Positions 55,611 to 64,000 of a DNA stretch of 64,000 nucleotides are shown here, piece after piece. How positions within the stretch are numbered: position 1 is the stretch's first letter; each line of letters begins with the position of its first letter. The stretch is from Oscillospiraceae bacterium. Lineage in GTDB: Bacteria > Bacillota > Clostridia > Oscillospirales > Oscillospiraceae. The notes under the pieces are model-generated. The model had not been told where the DNA came from. It did no database searches and worked only from the letters and a program-made list of their open reading frames with translations. Both the position numbers and the translations under genes were made by a program. The stretch is taken from assembly GCA_020025715.1 (NCBI GenBank), contig JAHHRQ010000003.1:105-64104 (forward strand). The letters run 5' to 3'.

Positions 55611-56426
55611 ATGGAAATTATCTACATAGATTCACTGTTTTTTATTAACCTGCTGACCGATTACCTGCTCTGTCTCTGCACCGGCAGGATATGCGGGGTA
55701 AAGCTTAAACGGCTCCGCTATTTTCTTGCAGCGCTGTTGGGGGCACTGTATTCCGTTGCTGTTTTTCTGCCCTCCATGGGCTTTCTCGCCTCCCCTGTTA
55801 TGAAGCTTGCCGCCGGACTTTCAATGGCGCTCATTGCCTTTGCAGGAGAAAAGAACCCCTTTCGCTGTGCTTTTGTTTTTCTTGCAGTTTCGGCGGCTTT
55901 CGGCGGGGCGCTCTGGGCGCTGGGACTTTCCGACAGCATCCACGGCGGATACAGAAGGATCTCCACAAAGCTGCTTTTAAGCTCCTTTACCCTGTGTTAC
56001 AGCCTTGGAATTTTAATCTTCCGGTGCAAGGCCAGAAACATGGCCCGCCGCCGGGTGGAGGTGAAGCTGGGCTTCATGGGAAAGGATGCTGAATTCATGG
56101 CTCTCCTTGACACGGGAAATTCCCTTTCCGACCCCTTAAGCGGGGCGCCGGTAATGGTTGTATCCCCCCATGCCCTTAAAAATATTCTGGGAGAAAATAC
56201 CGGCTGCTTTGAGGAGCTGAGTCCGGTGGAGCTTATTGAATACTCTCAGCAGATACCGGAGCTTAAAGGAAAGCTCCGTCTTATTCCCTACTCCGCCCTT
56301 GGTGTAACCGGAACTCTCCCTGTCTTTCGTCCGGAAAGTCTCACCATAGACGGCAAAGAGGATAAAGAGCTGCTTGCGGCAATATCAAAAAGCGCCTCCG
56401 GCGACGGCTTTGAGGCACTCATTTAA
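55611..56426 (+). CDS. spoIIGA: Sigma-E processing peptidase SpoIIGA
   Basis: Multi-TM N-terminal half, then [11 protein letters not shown], the catalytic Asp motif of the SpoIIGA family. Start is uncertain: ATG 55611 aligns with known N-termini but has no SD, and the TTG at 55572 is the longest ORF. Confidence 0.8.
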   Translation: MEIIYIDSLFFINLLTDYLLCLCTGRICGVKLKRLRYFLAALLGALYSVAVFLPSMGFLASPVMKLAAGLSMALIAFAGEKNPFRCAFVFLAVSAAFGGALWALGLSDSIHGGYRRISTKLLLSSFTLCYSLGILIFRCKARNMARRRVEVKLGFMGKDAEFMALLDTGNSLSDPLSGAPVMVVSPHALKNILGENTGCFEELSPVELIEYSQQIPELKGKLRLIPYSALGVTGTLPVFRPESLTIDGKEDKELLAAISKSASGDGFEALI

Positions 56427-56446
56427 ATTTAAGGAGGATTATACAT

Positions 56447-57169
56447 ATGCTTTGCAAACCGCAGATAATGTTTTTAAAAAATCAGATAATGGAAATTTTA
56501 GGGCTGGAACCCCCATCGGTTTTTTACATCGGGGGCAGCGACAGCCTGCCCCCACCATTAAAGCGGGAGGAAGAGGAAAAAGCTCTGGAGGCTCTGGCAG
56601 AGGGCAGCGATGATGCCCGGCAGCTTTTAATAGAACACAACCTGCGGCTTGTGGTGTACATTTCAAAGCGCTTTGAAAACACAGGGGTAAACATTGAGGA
56701 CTTGATTTCAATCGGAACTATCGGCCTTATAAAAGCTGTAAACACCTTTAAGCCGGGGCGAAAAATCAAGCTTGCCACCTATGCCTCCCGCTGCATTGAA
56801 AACGAAATCCTCATGTACCTGAGAAAAATTTCCTCCCAGCGCAGCGAGGTAAGCTTTGACGAGCCTTTAAACACCGACTGGGATGGAAATGAGCTGCTTT
56901 TATCCGACATTCTGGGAACGGATGAGGACGAAGTTTCCCGCCCGCTGGAGGACGACGCGGAAAAGCGTATGCTTATGGAATCCATAGACACACTGAACCG
57001 GCGGGAAAAGGAAATTATTCTTATGCGTTTCGGCCTGCCAAGCGGCAGAGAATACACCCAGAAAGAGGTTGCGGATATTATGGGCATATCCCAAAGCTAT
57101 ATAAGCCGCCTTGAAAAGCGGATAATAAGCAGATTGAAAAAGGAAATGCTGCGGCGTATGCAAGTTTAG
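56447..57169 (+). CDS. sigE: RNA polymerase sporulation sigma factor SigE (pro-sigma-E)
   Basis: Near-identical blocks to B. subtilis pro-sigma-E: [93 protein letters not shown]. Confidence 0.93.
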   Translation: MLCKPQIMFLKNQIMEILGLEPPSVFYIGGSDSLPPPLKREEEEKALEALAEGSDDARQLLIEHNLRLVVYISKRFENTGVNIEDLISIGTIGLIKAVNTFKPGRKIKLATYASRCIENEILMYLRKISSQRSEVSFDEPLNTDWDGNELLLSDILGTDEDEVSRPLEDDAEKRMLMESIDTLNRREKEIILMRFGLPSGREYTQKEVADIMGISQSYISRLEKRIISRLKKEMLRRMQV

Positions 57170-57177
57170 AATAGTTC

Positions 57178-57206
57178 TTGTCAAACCAGCCGCTTTCAAC
57201 TATAAT
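57178..57206 (+). promoter_or_regulatory. Candidate sigma-A promoter of sdaAB-sdaAA
   Basis: TTGTCA (57178-57183), 17 nt, TATAAT (57201-57206). AGAGG SD lies 8 nt before ATG 57242. Confidence 0.6.
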
Positions 57207-57241
57207 AATTCTGTTATTCAAAAGAATCAGAGGTTGACTTT

Positions 57242-57916
57242 ATGGACATTTTCGACCTGATCGGCCCCATTATGGTAGGGCCTTCCAGTTCTCATACAGC
57301 AGGCGCGGTTCGTATCGGTCTTGCGGCCAGAAAGCTTCTGGGGGAAACTCCCGCAGAAGCCAATATCTATCTCCACGGCTCCTTTGCCGCTACCGGCAGA
57401 GGCCACGGCACCGACACTGCAATTATAGCCGGTCTCCTTGGCATGGCTCCCAATGACGAAAGAATTCCCGAAAGCTTCGCCATAGCAAAGGAACAGGGGC
57501 TTAAATTCAGCTTCGGAGAAAAAAATCTCCGTAACGCTCACCCTAACTCCGCCCTTATAGAGCTTAAAGGCATAAACGGAAACGAGATTTCCATGGTAGG
57601 TGCCTCAATCGGCGGCGGAAGAATACAGGTACGCAACCTTAACGGCATGTCTCTCTGCTTTTCAGCCGAACAGCCCACTTTGATTGTGCGAAACTCCGAC
57701 CAGCCCGGCAGCGTTGCCGACGTTTCCAGAGCACTTGCCGATCTGGGTATAAACATAGCCACCTTTCAGGTGAGCCGTGACTCCCGAGGCGGTGTGGCTA
57801 TAATGGTAATCGAGTGCGACGACACAGTTAAGCCGGAGACCGTGGAAAAAATCAGGCAGACTCCGGGAATTTTAAGCGCCGCCTTTATAGACTCTAACCG
57901 GGAGGTTGAAAACTGA
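57242..57916 (+). CDS. sdaAB: L-serine dehydratase, iron-sulfur-dependent, beta subunit
   Basis: 224 aa. VGPSSSHTAG with a C-terminal ACT-like domain. Confidence 0.9.
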   Translation: MDIFDLIGPIMVGPSSSHTAGAVRIGLAARKLLGETPAEANIYLHGSFAATGRGHGTDTAIIAGLLGMAPNDERIPESFAIAKEQGLKFSFGEKNLRNAHPNSALIELKGINGNEISMVGASIGGGRIQVRNLNGMSLCFSAEQPTLIVRNSDQPGSVADVSRALADLGINIATFQVSRDSRGGVAIMVIECDDTVKPETVEKIRQTPGILSAAFIDSNREVEN

Positions 57917-58788
57917 TGGCTATTTTTGATTCCGTGGCGGAGCTTATCGCCTACTGTAAAGAAGAATCCGAACCTCTGTGGGAAACGGTCAGACGCACTT
58001 CCGCAAGAGAGAGCGGAATAAGCGAAGAAGAATCATGGCTCAAAATGTCCCTGCGCCTTTCCGCCATGCGTGAAGCTGACAAAGGCTATGAACCCGCTCA
58101 GCGTTCCCGAAGCGGTCTTACAGGCGGGGACGGTGAAAAGATGCGCCGCTACTACGAAAGCGGCCAGTCAATGGGCGGAGAATTTATAGGCCGTATTATT
58201 GCAGGCGCTCTCAGAATGGGCGAATGCAACGCCTGTATGCACTGCATTGTGGCAGCGCCTACCGCAGGCTCCTGCGGCGTTATTCCCGCAGTTTTACTGC
58301 CCTATGCAGAAAAATACAATGTTCCCGACGAGGAACTTATTAAAGCCCTTTATGTAACCGCAGGCTTCGGGGCTGTAATTGCCACCAGAGCCTCCATTTC
58401 CGGCGCTGAGGCCGGATGTCAGGCAGAGGTGGGAAGTGCCGCTGCCATGGCTGCCGCCGCCCTTGTATTTCTCCACGGCGGTGACGAGGAGCAGATGGCA
58501 AACGCCTGCGCCATTGCATTAAAAAACATGATGGGACTTATATGCGACCCTGTTGCAGGTCTTGTAGAAGTGCCATGTGTAAAGCGTAATGTTGCAGGGG
58601 CAATGAACGCCTTTTCTGCCGCCGAGCTTGCCCTTGCGGGAATTACTTCCCGCATCCCCGCAGACGAGGTAATAGACACCATGCAGGTGGTCGGCGAAAT
58701 GATGCCGCCCGCTCTCCGTGAAACAGGTCAGGGCGGAGTTGCCGCCACACCTACGGCGCAGAAATTCAAAGAAGAATTCTTCGGATAA
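57916..58788 (+). CDS. sdaAA: L-serine dehydratase, iron-sulfur-dependent, alpha subunit
   Basis: 290 aa. Cys cluster region CNACMHCIVAAPTAGSCG, GAEAGCQAEVGSA. The start overlaps the sdaAB stop (ATGA-type). Confidence 0.9.
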   Translation: MAIFDSVAELIAYCKEESEPLWETVRRTSARESGISEEESWLKMSLRLSAMREADKGYEPAQRSRSGLTGGDGEKMRRYYESGQSMGGEFIGRIIAGALRMGECNACMHCIVAAPTAGSCGVIPAVLLPYAEKYNVPDEELIKALYVTAGFGAVIATRASISGAEAGCQAEVGSAAAMAAAALVFLHGGDEEQMANACAIALKNMMGLICDPVAGLVEVPCVKRNVAGAMNAFSAAELALAGITSRIPADEVIDTMQVVGEMMPPALRETGQGGVAATPTAQKFKEEFFG

Positions 58789-58798
58789 AAATTTAAAA

Positions 58799-58824
58799 GC
58801 AGTATCGGTTCAGTCCGATACTGC
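58799..58824. terminator. Bidirectional terminator between sdaAA and the MATE gene
   Basis: GCAGTATCGG-TTCAGT-CCGATACTGC, flanked by AAAA and TTTTTT. Confidence 0.88.
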
Positions 58825-58839
58825 TTTTTTATTTAAAGA

Positions 58840-60225
58840 TTATTCACTTACAAGATTTATTACCCATGTTCTCTTCTTAACCAACATATATCCTATAAAG
58901 CACTTAACAAAGTCAAGGCCGTTTACGATTATATACATGGAAAGAATTCCCATGTTCGTAAAATGAGCCAGTATGAACGCCGTGGGTATTGCCACCGTCC
59001 ACACGAAAACGCAGTCAAATATAAAGGTTATTACGGTCTTTCCACCGGAACGGAGAGTAAAATAACATGCGTTTCTGAATGAGAACATAGGAAGAAGCAC
59101 AGCCGTAACTATCATAAGCTCCTCGGCAATCTTCTTTACGTTGTCGGTTGTATTGTACATTCTGGGTATGTAGGGCGACAGCAGAGCCATTACAACACCG
59201 ATTATTGCACATATAAACACTGAAAAGGCGATAAGCTTTCTGTCCTCGTCCACAGCCCGCTCTGTTTCTCCCGCTCCGAGAAGGGCGCCTACCATAATGG
59301 AAACAGTGGTTCCCATAGCGTAGAGGGCGCAGAAGAAGAGTTCTGAAACAGTGGATGCAATGTTAACGGCAGAAACCACCTCAAGGCCGCGCATAGAATA
59401 GCACTGGTTCAAAACCGCCATACCTGATGACCAGAGAATTTCGTTTAACAGCAGAGGCATACCCTTTACAGTCACGTTTTTAACCAATGCTTTCGGGACT
59501 TTAAGGCTTGAATATGCCCCCTCAATGTAATGGCAGCGTTCCTTATGCTTATGAGTCCAGAAAATTACGATAAAGCACTCAACAAATCTTGCCAGCACTG
59601 TTGCAATAGCTGCACCCACAACGCCCATTGCCGGAGCACCGAACTTACCGAAAATCAGGATATAGTTAAATATAAGGTTTACAAATACCGCCACAATACC
59701 TGCCTTCATAGGCAGCATGGTTTCGCCGGTTTCGCGCAGGGTACTTGCATATATCTGAATTACCGCAAAGGGCACAATCTGCCAGAGCATGACTTTCAGA
59801 TAATCAAGACCGTACTGCAAAGTATTTTCAAGGTTAAGATTTTCCCCGCCCTCGTGGAGGAAAAGCTTTATAAGCTCCTCTCCCCAGCCGATAAAGCCGG
59901 CAATGAAAAATATAACCGACGCAAGCGCTATATATAATTTAATACGGAAAGTGTCCTGCACGCCTTTGTCATCACTTTTACCGTAATACTGGACAGTAAA
60001 AATTCCTGCGCCTGCAAGACCGCCGAAGATGCACATATTAAAAACAAAAAGCAGCTGGTTGACTATTGCAACGCCGGACATAGGTTCGGTACCTACCTGA
60101 CCCACCATTACATTATCCAGAAGGCTCACAAAGTTTGTGATAACGTTCTGAACAAGAACAGGCATCATAACGGCAAAAAGTCTTTTATAAAAGGCTCTGT
60201 TTCCAACCAAATTTCTTATTCTCAT
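58840..60225 (-). CDS. MATE-family efflux transporter
   Basis: 461 aa, 12 predicted TM helices. The N-terminal pattern FYKRLFAVMMPVLVQNVITNFVSLLDNVMVGQ is typical. Confidence 0.85.
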   Translation of the reverse strand: MRIRNLVGNRAFYKRLFAVMMPVLVQNVITNFVSLLDNVMVGQVGTEPMSGVAIVNQLLFVFNMCIFGGLAGAGIFTVQYYGKSDDKGVQDTFRIKLYIALASVIFFIAGFIGWGEELIKLFLHEGGENLNLENTLQYGLDYLKVMLWQIVPFAVIQIYASTLRETGETMLPMKAGIVAVFVNLIFNYILIFGKFGAPAMGVVGAAIATVLARFVECFIVIFWTHKHKERCHYIEGAYSSLKVPKALVKNVTVKGMPLLLNEILWSSGMAVLNQCYSMRGLEVVSAVNIASTVSELFFCALYAMGTTVSIMVGALLGAGETERAVDEDRKLIAFSVFICAIIGVVMALLSPYIPRMYNTTDNVKKIAEELMIVTAVLLPMFSFRNACYFTLRSGGKTVITFIFDCVFVWTVAIPTAFILAHFTNMGILSMYIIVNGLDFVKCFIGYMLVKKRTWVINLVSE

Positions 60226-60291
60226 TCTGCACCTCCAAAAAAAGTCCAGAGTATTATAACTATTTTTATGCTGAAAAGCAAGGATAATTTT

Positions 60292-60327
60292 AAAGTCCCA
60301 CGATGTATGTACAAATCGTGGGACTTT
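60292..60327 (-). terminator. Hairpin downstream of the YhgE-like gene (possible terminator, no U-tract)
   Basis: 13-bp stem AAAGTCCCACGAT / ATCGTGGGACTTT with a 10-nt loop. Neither strand has a clean U-run after it. Confidence 0.35.
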
Positions 60328-60354
60328 AGTTTATATATCAGCTTTATTCTTTGA

Positions 60355-62115
60355 TCAATCTTCGGGGCTTTTAAACAGAGCGCTGAATCTGTCTACGAAC
60401 TTTGAAAATCCGCTTTCCTCATTTGTATTGACAGCTTCAAGGTCTGTTTGCTCCGGAATGTCTATGCTACGGGTGGTGAACACGAACTGTACCGCGCTCA
60501 CATTCTCGTTTTTATCGGACAGGAAGCTGTGGGGCTTGAACTTTTCGTCCTCACCGGGATTTATCATGCTGTCCACTTCATCGGGAATGGTGCTGGTGCC
60601 GTCATTGAGCTGGCTGGTGCCGCCGGCAAGAGCCGCAGTACCTCCGGCAAGGGAGGTGCTTGCCTCTGCCAGTGCGTCAACCCCCTGAGTATACTGCACA
60701 AGGCCGTCATGGAACAGCTGATAGTTATCTGCAAGACCTGCAAGCTGCTCAAGCCTAGAGACTATTTCCTGACTTCCGTTTTCTGCCTCGCCGGAATTTA
60801 TTATCTCCTCAAGGGCTGCCGCCGCAGCTCTCAGCTGCTCGGCCTGAAGTCTTATTGCGTCTGATGCAAGGCTCAGGTCATTTGAAATCTGGGTAAGGCT
60901 GCCGCTGTTTGCATCCCAGCCCGCTTTGGCTGAAAGTGCCGCATTTGAATTGTTTATAAGGCTTTGCAGAGCTGCATTGTCGGGATTTGCTTCAACAAGT
61001 GCGTTAATTTCACCCTCGTCAACAGGCACAACACCTGCAAGGGGTGCGCCAACCTGACTTATAATGTTGTCAACGCCGGTTTTCATGCCCTCTACTGTAC
61101 CCGCAGCAGAATCAAGACCGTCTGCGGCGGCGTAAATTGCCTGAGGAACAGTGGAAAGATTGCTCAGGTCAATATCTCCGCCTATCTCCCCCATACTTCC
61201 CGCAACACTGCTTATCATCTTCATGCCTTCAAGTATCTGGGCCGAACCGCTTCTCAGACTTTCAGAGCCGGAGGAGAGCTGATTTAAGCCGGCAGAAAAT
61301 TCGTTCATTCCGGAGCTTAACTGCCATGCGCCGTTATTAAGGCTGGCAACGCCATAGCTGAGCTGATTTAAGCCGTCGGTAAGTTCTTCTATATTCTCAC
61401 CTGAAAGCATGTCCGCCATAGAAAGAGGAACCGCCGCAATGCTCATGCCGCCCATGGAAAAGTTCTCCACATCTGCGGAAACCTTGAAGCCGAATTCTGC
61501 GCCGGGCATGGCCATAAAGTTTAACATTTTGTTTGCACCTGCATTTGCAACCGTTGCGCCTTCGGCCTCTATATTGCGGCACTTTTCTGAATTAAGGCTC
61601 ATGGAAATCTGTGCCAGATAATTTTCAAAGAATGAGGGGTCGGCCTTTTCGTTCTGCTTTACGCCTATCTCAATTTCGAGATGACCGCTCATGCCGCCCA
61701 GCTTCTCGGGGGCAATTTCCTTGCCGTCCATGAAGTAGTGAATATCTATAAGCCACGGAACTTCGACAGAAGCAAGCTCTGCTCTGAAATAGAGCTTTCC
61801 TTTCGGCAGCTGAAGCTTCACCGCGCCGTCGGAGTAATCAAGCTCATCCGTGCCGCTGAGGTTCTGAACCTCCGTAAAATCACCGTAATAATTAAGCTTT
61901 GTGTCCTTTAGAGCATCTATTATTACAACCGGCACAAACTTCTCCGCTTTTCCGTCTGCGCCCAATATGCCGTATATAACCTCTTCGGCCTTATAGTCGT
62001 ATTCTTTTTCCGGCTCTTCGGTTTTCTCCTCTGTCTCTCCCTCTGCAAATGCAGAGACGGAGAAAAGAGAGAACACCATAAGCAGTGAAAGTAAAACGGA
62101 CATCAGTTTCTTCAT
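60355..62115 (-). CDS. Secreted YhgE/Pip-repeat-like protein (no C-terminal membrane domain)
   Basis: 586 aa. Signal peptide ...FSVSAFA-EG. The central Gly/Ser/Leu/Asn/Gln-rich helical repeats (LTDGLNQLSYGVASLNNGAWQLSSGMNEFSAGLNQLSSGSESL...; later ALAGGTSQLNDG) resemble the extracellular region of YhgE/Pip proteins. Confidence 0.55.
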   Translation of the reverse strand: MKKLMSVLLSLLMVFSLFSVSAFAEGETEEKTEEPEKEYDYKAEEVIYGILGADGKAEKFVPVVIIDALKDTKLNYYGDFTEVQNLSGTDELDYSDGAVKLQLPKGKLYFRAELASVEVPWLIDIHYFMDGKEIAPEKLGGMSGHLEIEIGVKQNEKADPSFFENYLAQISMSLNSEKCRNIEAEGATVANAGANKMLNFMAMPGAEFGFKVSADVENFSMGGMSIAAVPLSMADMLSGENIEELTDGLNQLSYGVASLNNGAWQLSSGMNEFSAGLNQLSSGSESLRSGSAQILEGMKMISSVAGSMGEIGGDIDLSNLSTVPQAIYAAADGLDSAAGTVEGMKTGVDNIISQVGAPLAGVVPVDEGEINALVEANPDNAALQSLINNSNAALSAKAGWDANSGSLTQISNDLSLASDAIRLQAEQLRAAAAALEEIINSGEAENGSQEIVSRLEQLAGLADNYQLFHDGLVQYTQGVDALAEASTSLAGGTAALAGGTSQLNDGTSTIPDEVDSMINPGEDEKFKPHSFLSDKNENVSAVQFVFTTRSIDIPEQTDLEAVNTNEESGFSKFVDRFSALFKSPED

Positions 62116-62120
62116 ATATT

Positions 62121-64000
62121 TTATGCCTCCCCTGTTTTGTTCTTTTCTTTCTTCTCCCGCTCTTTAATAAGAAACGGGAATTTAGTAAGCCTTGCCGTAG
62201 CTCCGTCAAACAATATAAGCAGCGCAGGCAATGCAAGAAGCACCATTGCCATGGAAAGCAGCGTTCCTCTGAACAGCAGCATTCCAAGCTCACGCACTAT
62301 CTCCATGGAAGAAGATAAATTCAGGCTTATTCCGGCGGTGGAAAGAATAAGACCGCTGGTTATAATTGAAATTATATTGTCGTTTATGGTTCCCTTTACA
62401 GCGTCTATGCTGTACATGCTCCGTCTGCGCACCACATATCCGTCGGTAAGCAGAATTGCATAGTCAATAGTGGCGCCCAGCTGAACCGTATTTATTACAA
62501 GGTAGCCCAGATATACAAGGGGCGTATCTGTGAAGTAAGGAGTTGAAAGGTTAATCCATATTGCAGACTCGATAACGAAAATGAGTATTACAGGCAATGT
62601 GAGAGAGCGGAAGGAAATCAGCAGTGTAAGGAGAATAAACACAATGGCAAGTCCGTTTACAACAGGTGTATCCCCCTGTACCACATCCTTCATGTCATAA
62701 AGGTTTGCGCTCATGCCGCAGGAATAATTTTCCTCATAGTATTTTGAAGCAACATTTCTTACATCTTCCACAACCTCAAAGGCGTGACCGCCTTCTTCGC
62801 CGGTGTCGGTATTTACGATAATTCTGGAATAGTTATCGGAATAGAAGTTTTTAACTATATCCTTGCTGAGAAATTCAGTAGGTATACTGCTTCCCACAGT
62901 GCTTGCATATGACATTACCGCCGTCACATGTGGCACCTCCTGCAGCTCGCTGCACATCTGAGCCTCACGGCCTATATCACCTTTGGGCACCAGAAGCACA
63001 ATCTGGGTATTCTCTCCGAACTTCTCGTTTATTTTTATTGTGTCCTGACCGTAACGGCTGTCAGGGGCAGGCACTCCGTTGCCGTAGAAGAAGTCCGAAC
63101 GGCTCTGAGCAAGGAAACAGGGCACAACAAGCAGTACCACCATAAGCAGCGCCGGAATTCTTATCTTTACAAACACATTGCCCAGCTTTTTAATTTCCGG
63201 AATTATCCGCTTATGAGTAGTCTTATCCAGAAGCTTAACACAGCAAAGAGTAAGGGCAGGCAGGAACACAATGGCGGAGATGTAGCTCAGCGCAACACCC
63301 TTTACAAGGTTCATGCCAAGATCGCTGCCTATGCCGAAGCGCATGAACACCAGCGCCAGAAATCCCAGAACCGTTGTCGCTGCCGAGGCGGCAATAGATA
63401 CGAAGGATTCTTTTATGGCAAGCTGCATTGCGGTGGCGGCATCCTTTTCCGTCTTTCTGAACCGCTCAAAGCTTCCCAGCAGGAAGATTGCATAGTCAAG
63501 AGAGACCGCCAGCTGCAATATTGGGCTTACAGACTGGGTAACATAGGAAATACTTCCGAATATCACATTGGTTCCCATGTTTATTATTACCGCCACGCCT
63601 ATGGTGCTCAGGAAAAGCAAAGGTGAAATCCATGAATTTGTGGTAAGCAGCAGTATAATAATTATAGCCGGCAGCAGTATTGAAACCGCACCCATAACCT
63701 CAGTCATAATCTGATTCTGGGAGTAAGCAATGTTTGCCGCCATGCCGCTTATGCCGCCGTCCTCACCTATTATCTTATATATGGCGTTGGTGGCCTTAAC
63801 CTCCATATCGGGAGCAATCACCACATCATAAACAGCGGTAGAGTCCTTGTAATACTGGTTAAGCAGGGATTTATCCAGCATTTCCTCCGGAGTTTTTATG
63901 TCTGCTATATCGTCAAGCCACATAACCTCCGTTACGCCCGGAGCTGCGGCAATTTCCTGCTTAATTTCTGCCGCCTCAGTTATGGTAAGGTTCGGCATCA
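62121..64000 (-). CDS. MMPL/RND-superfamily transporter, partial (5' end beyond window edge)
   Basis: The ORF is open to the window edge. The visible 626 codons start inside an extracytoplasmic loop. Two bundles of TM helices follow, with MMPL-like segments (SPILQLAVSLDYAIFLLGSFERFRK; LGATIDYAILLTDGY). Confidence 0.75.
   Translation of the reverse strand, partial: MPNLTITEAAEIKQEIAAAPGVTEVMWLDDIADIKTPEEMLDKSLLNQYYKDSTAVYDVVIAPDMEVKATNAIYKIIGEDGGISGMAANIAYSQNQIMTEVMGAVSILLPAIIIILLLTTNSWISPLLFLSTIGVAVIINMGTNVIFGSISYVTQSVSPILQLAVSLDYAIFLLGSFERFRKTEKDAATAMQLAIKESFVSIAASAATTVLGFLALVFMRFGIGSDLGMNLVKGVALSYISAIVFLPALTLCCVKLLDKTTHKRIIPEIKKLGNVFVKIRIPALLMVVLLVVPCFLAQSRSDFFYGNGVPAPDSRYGQDTIKINEKFGENTQIVLLVPKGDIGREAQMCSELQEVPHVTAVMSYASTVGSSIPTEFLSKDIVKNFYSDNYSRIIVNTDTGEEGGHAFEVVEDVRNVASKYYEENYSCGMSANLYDMKDVVQGDTPVVNGLAIVFILLTLLISFRSLTLPVILIFVIESAIWINLSTPYFTDTPLVYLGYLVINTVQLGATIDYAILLTDGYVVRRRSMYSIDAVKGTINDNIISIITSGLILSTAGISLNLSSSMEIVRELGMLLFRGTLLSMAMVLLALPALLILFDGATARLTKFPFLIKEREKKEKNKTGEA

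Noticed and set aside
1-64000. Search for mobile elements, prophage, defence islands, CRISPR arrays, tRNA/rRNA genes.
   Set aside because: I recognised no integrase, transposase, recombinase, restriction/modification, Cas or toxin-antitoxin signatures. There is no repeat-spacer array and no intergenic gap with tRNA-like cloverleaf arms. The intergenic regions are short and are accounted for by promoters and terminators.

Overview
This is a 64-kb chromosomal segment from an endospore-forming Clostridia-class Firmicute. The markers for that call are spoIIGA-sigE, Gram-positive PolC, the ecfA1-ecfA2-ecfT-truA module, a split transketolase and an L20-leader-controlled infC operon. GC looks mid-range by eye (not computed). 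I can support about 60 protein genes, roughly 50 of them on the minus strand. I recognised no rRNA, tRNA, CRISPR array, transposase, integrase or prophage gene.

Most of the window is housekeeping: translation factors and ribosomal proteins, Moco biosynthesis, isoprenoid and cell-envelope genes, PolC, peptidases and sporulation sigma-E.

Accessory or unusual content, in order of interest:
1. 1-5.7 kb: an operon combining a CooC-type Ni-insertion ATPase, two HgdAB/BcrBC-family subunits, an HgdC-type ATP-dependent activase, a 52-codon membrane ORF and an acetyl-CoA-synthase-domain-like protein that runs off the window. No Wood-Ljungdahl or amino-acid-fermentation genes accompany it. This is my best candidate for an uncharacterised system.
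2. 42.2-43.9 kb: a membrane protein with a degenerate cytoplasmic kinase C-lobe and an extracellular C-type-lectin-like domain.
3. 19.4-27.5 kb: a GH112 phosphorylase, NahK, sugar ABC importer and AraC regulator locus (galacto-N-biose/lacto-N-biose type).
4. 36.7-37.5 kb: an orphan amino-acid-type binding lipoprotein that looks circularly permuted.
5. 52.8-53.5 kb: an AlkD-like gene sitting where cdsA-dxr normally lie in the pyrH-frr-uppS...rseP-ispG-polC block.

All family calls come from reading motifs by eye and from memory, not from searches. Several start codons were moved from the longest-ORF coordinates using Shine-Dalgarno (SD) spacing.
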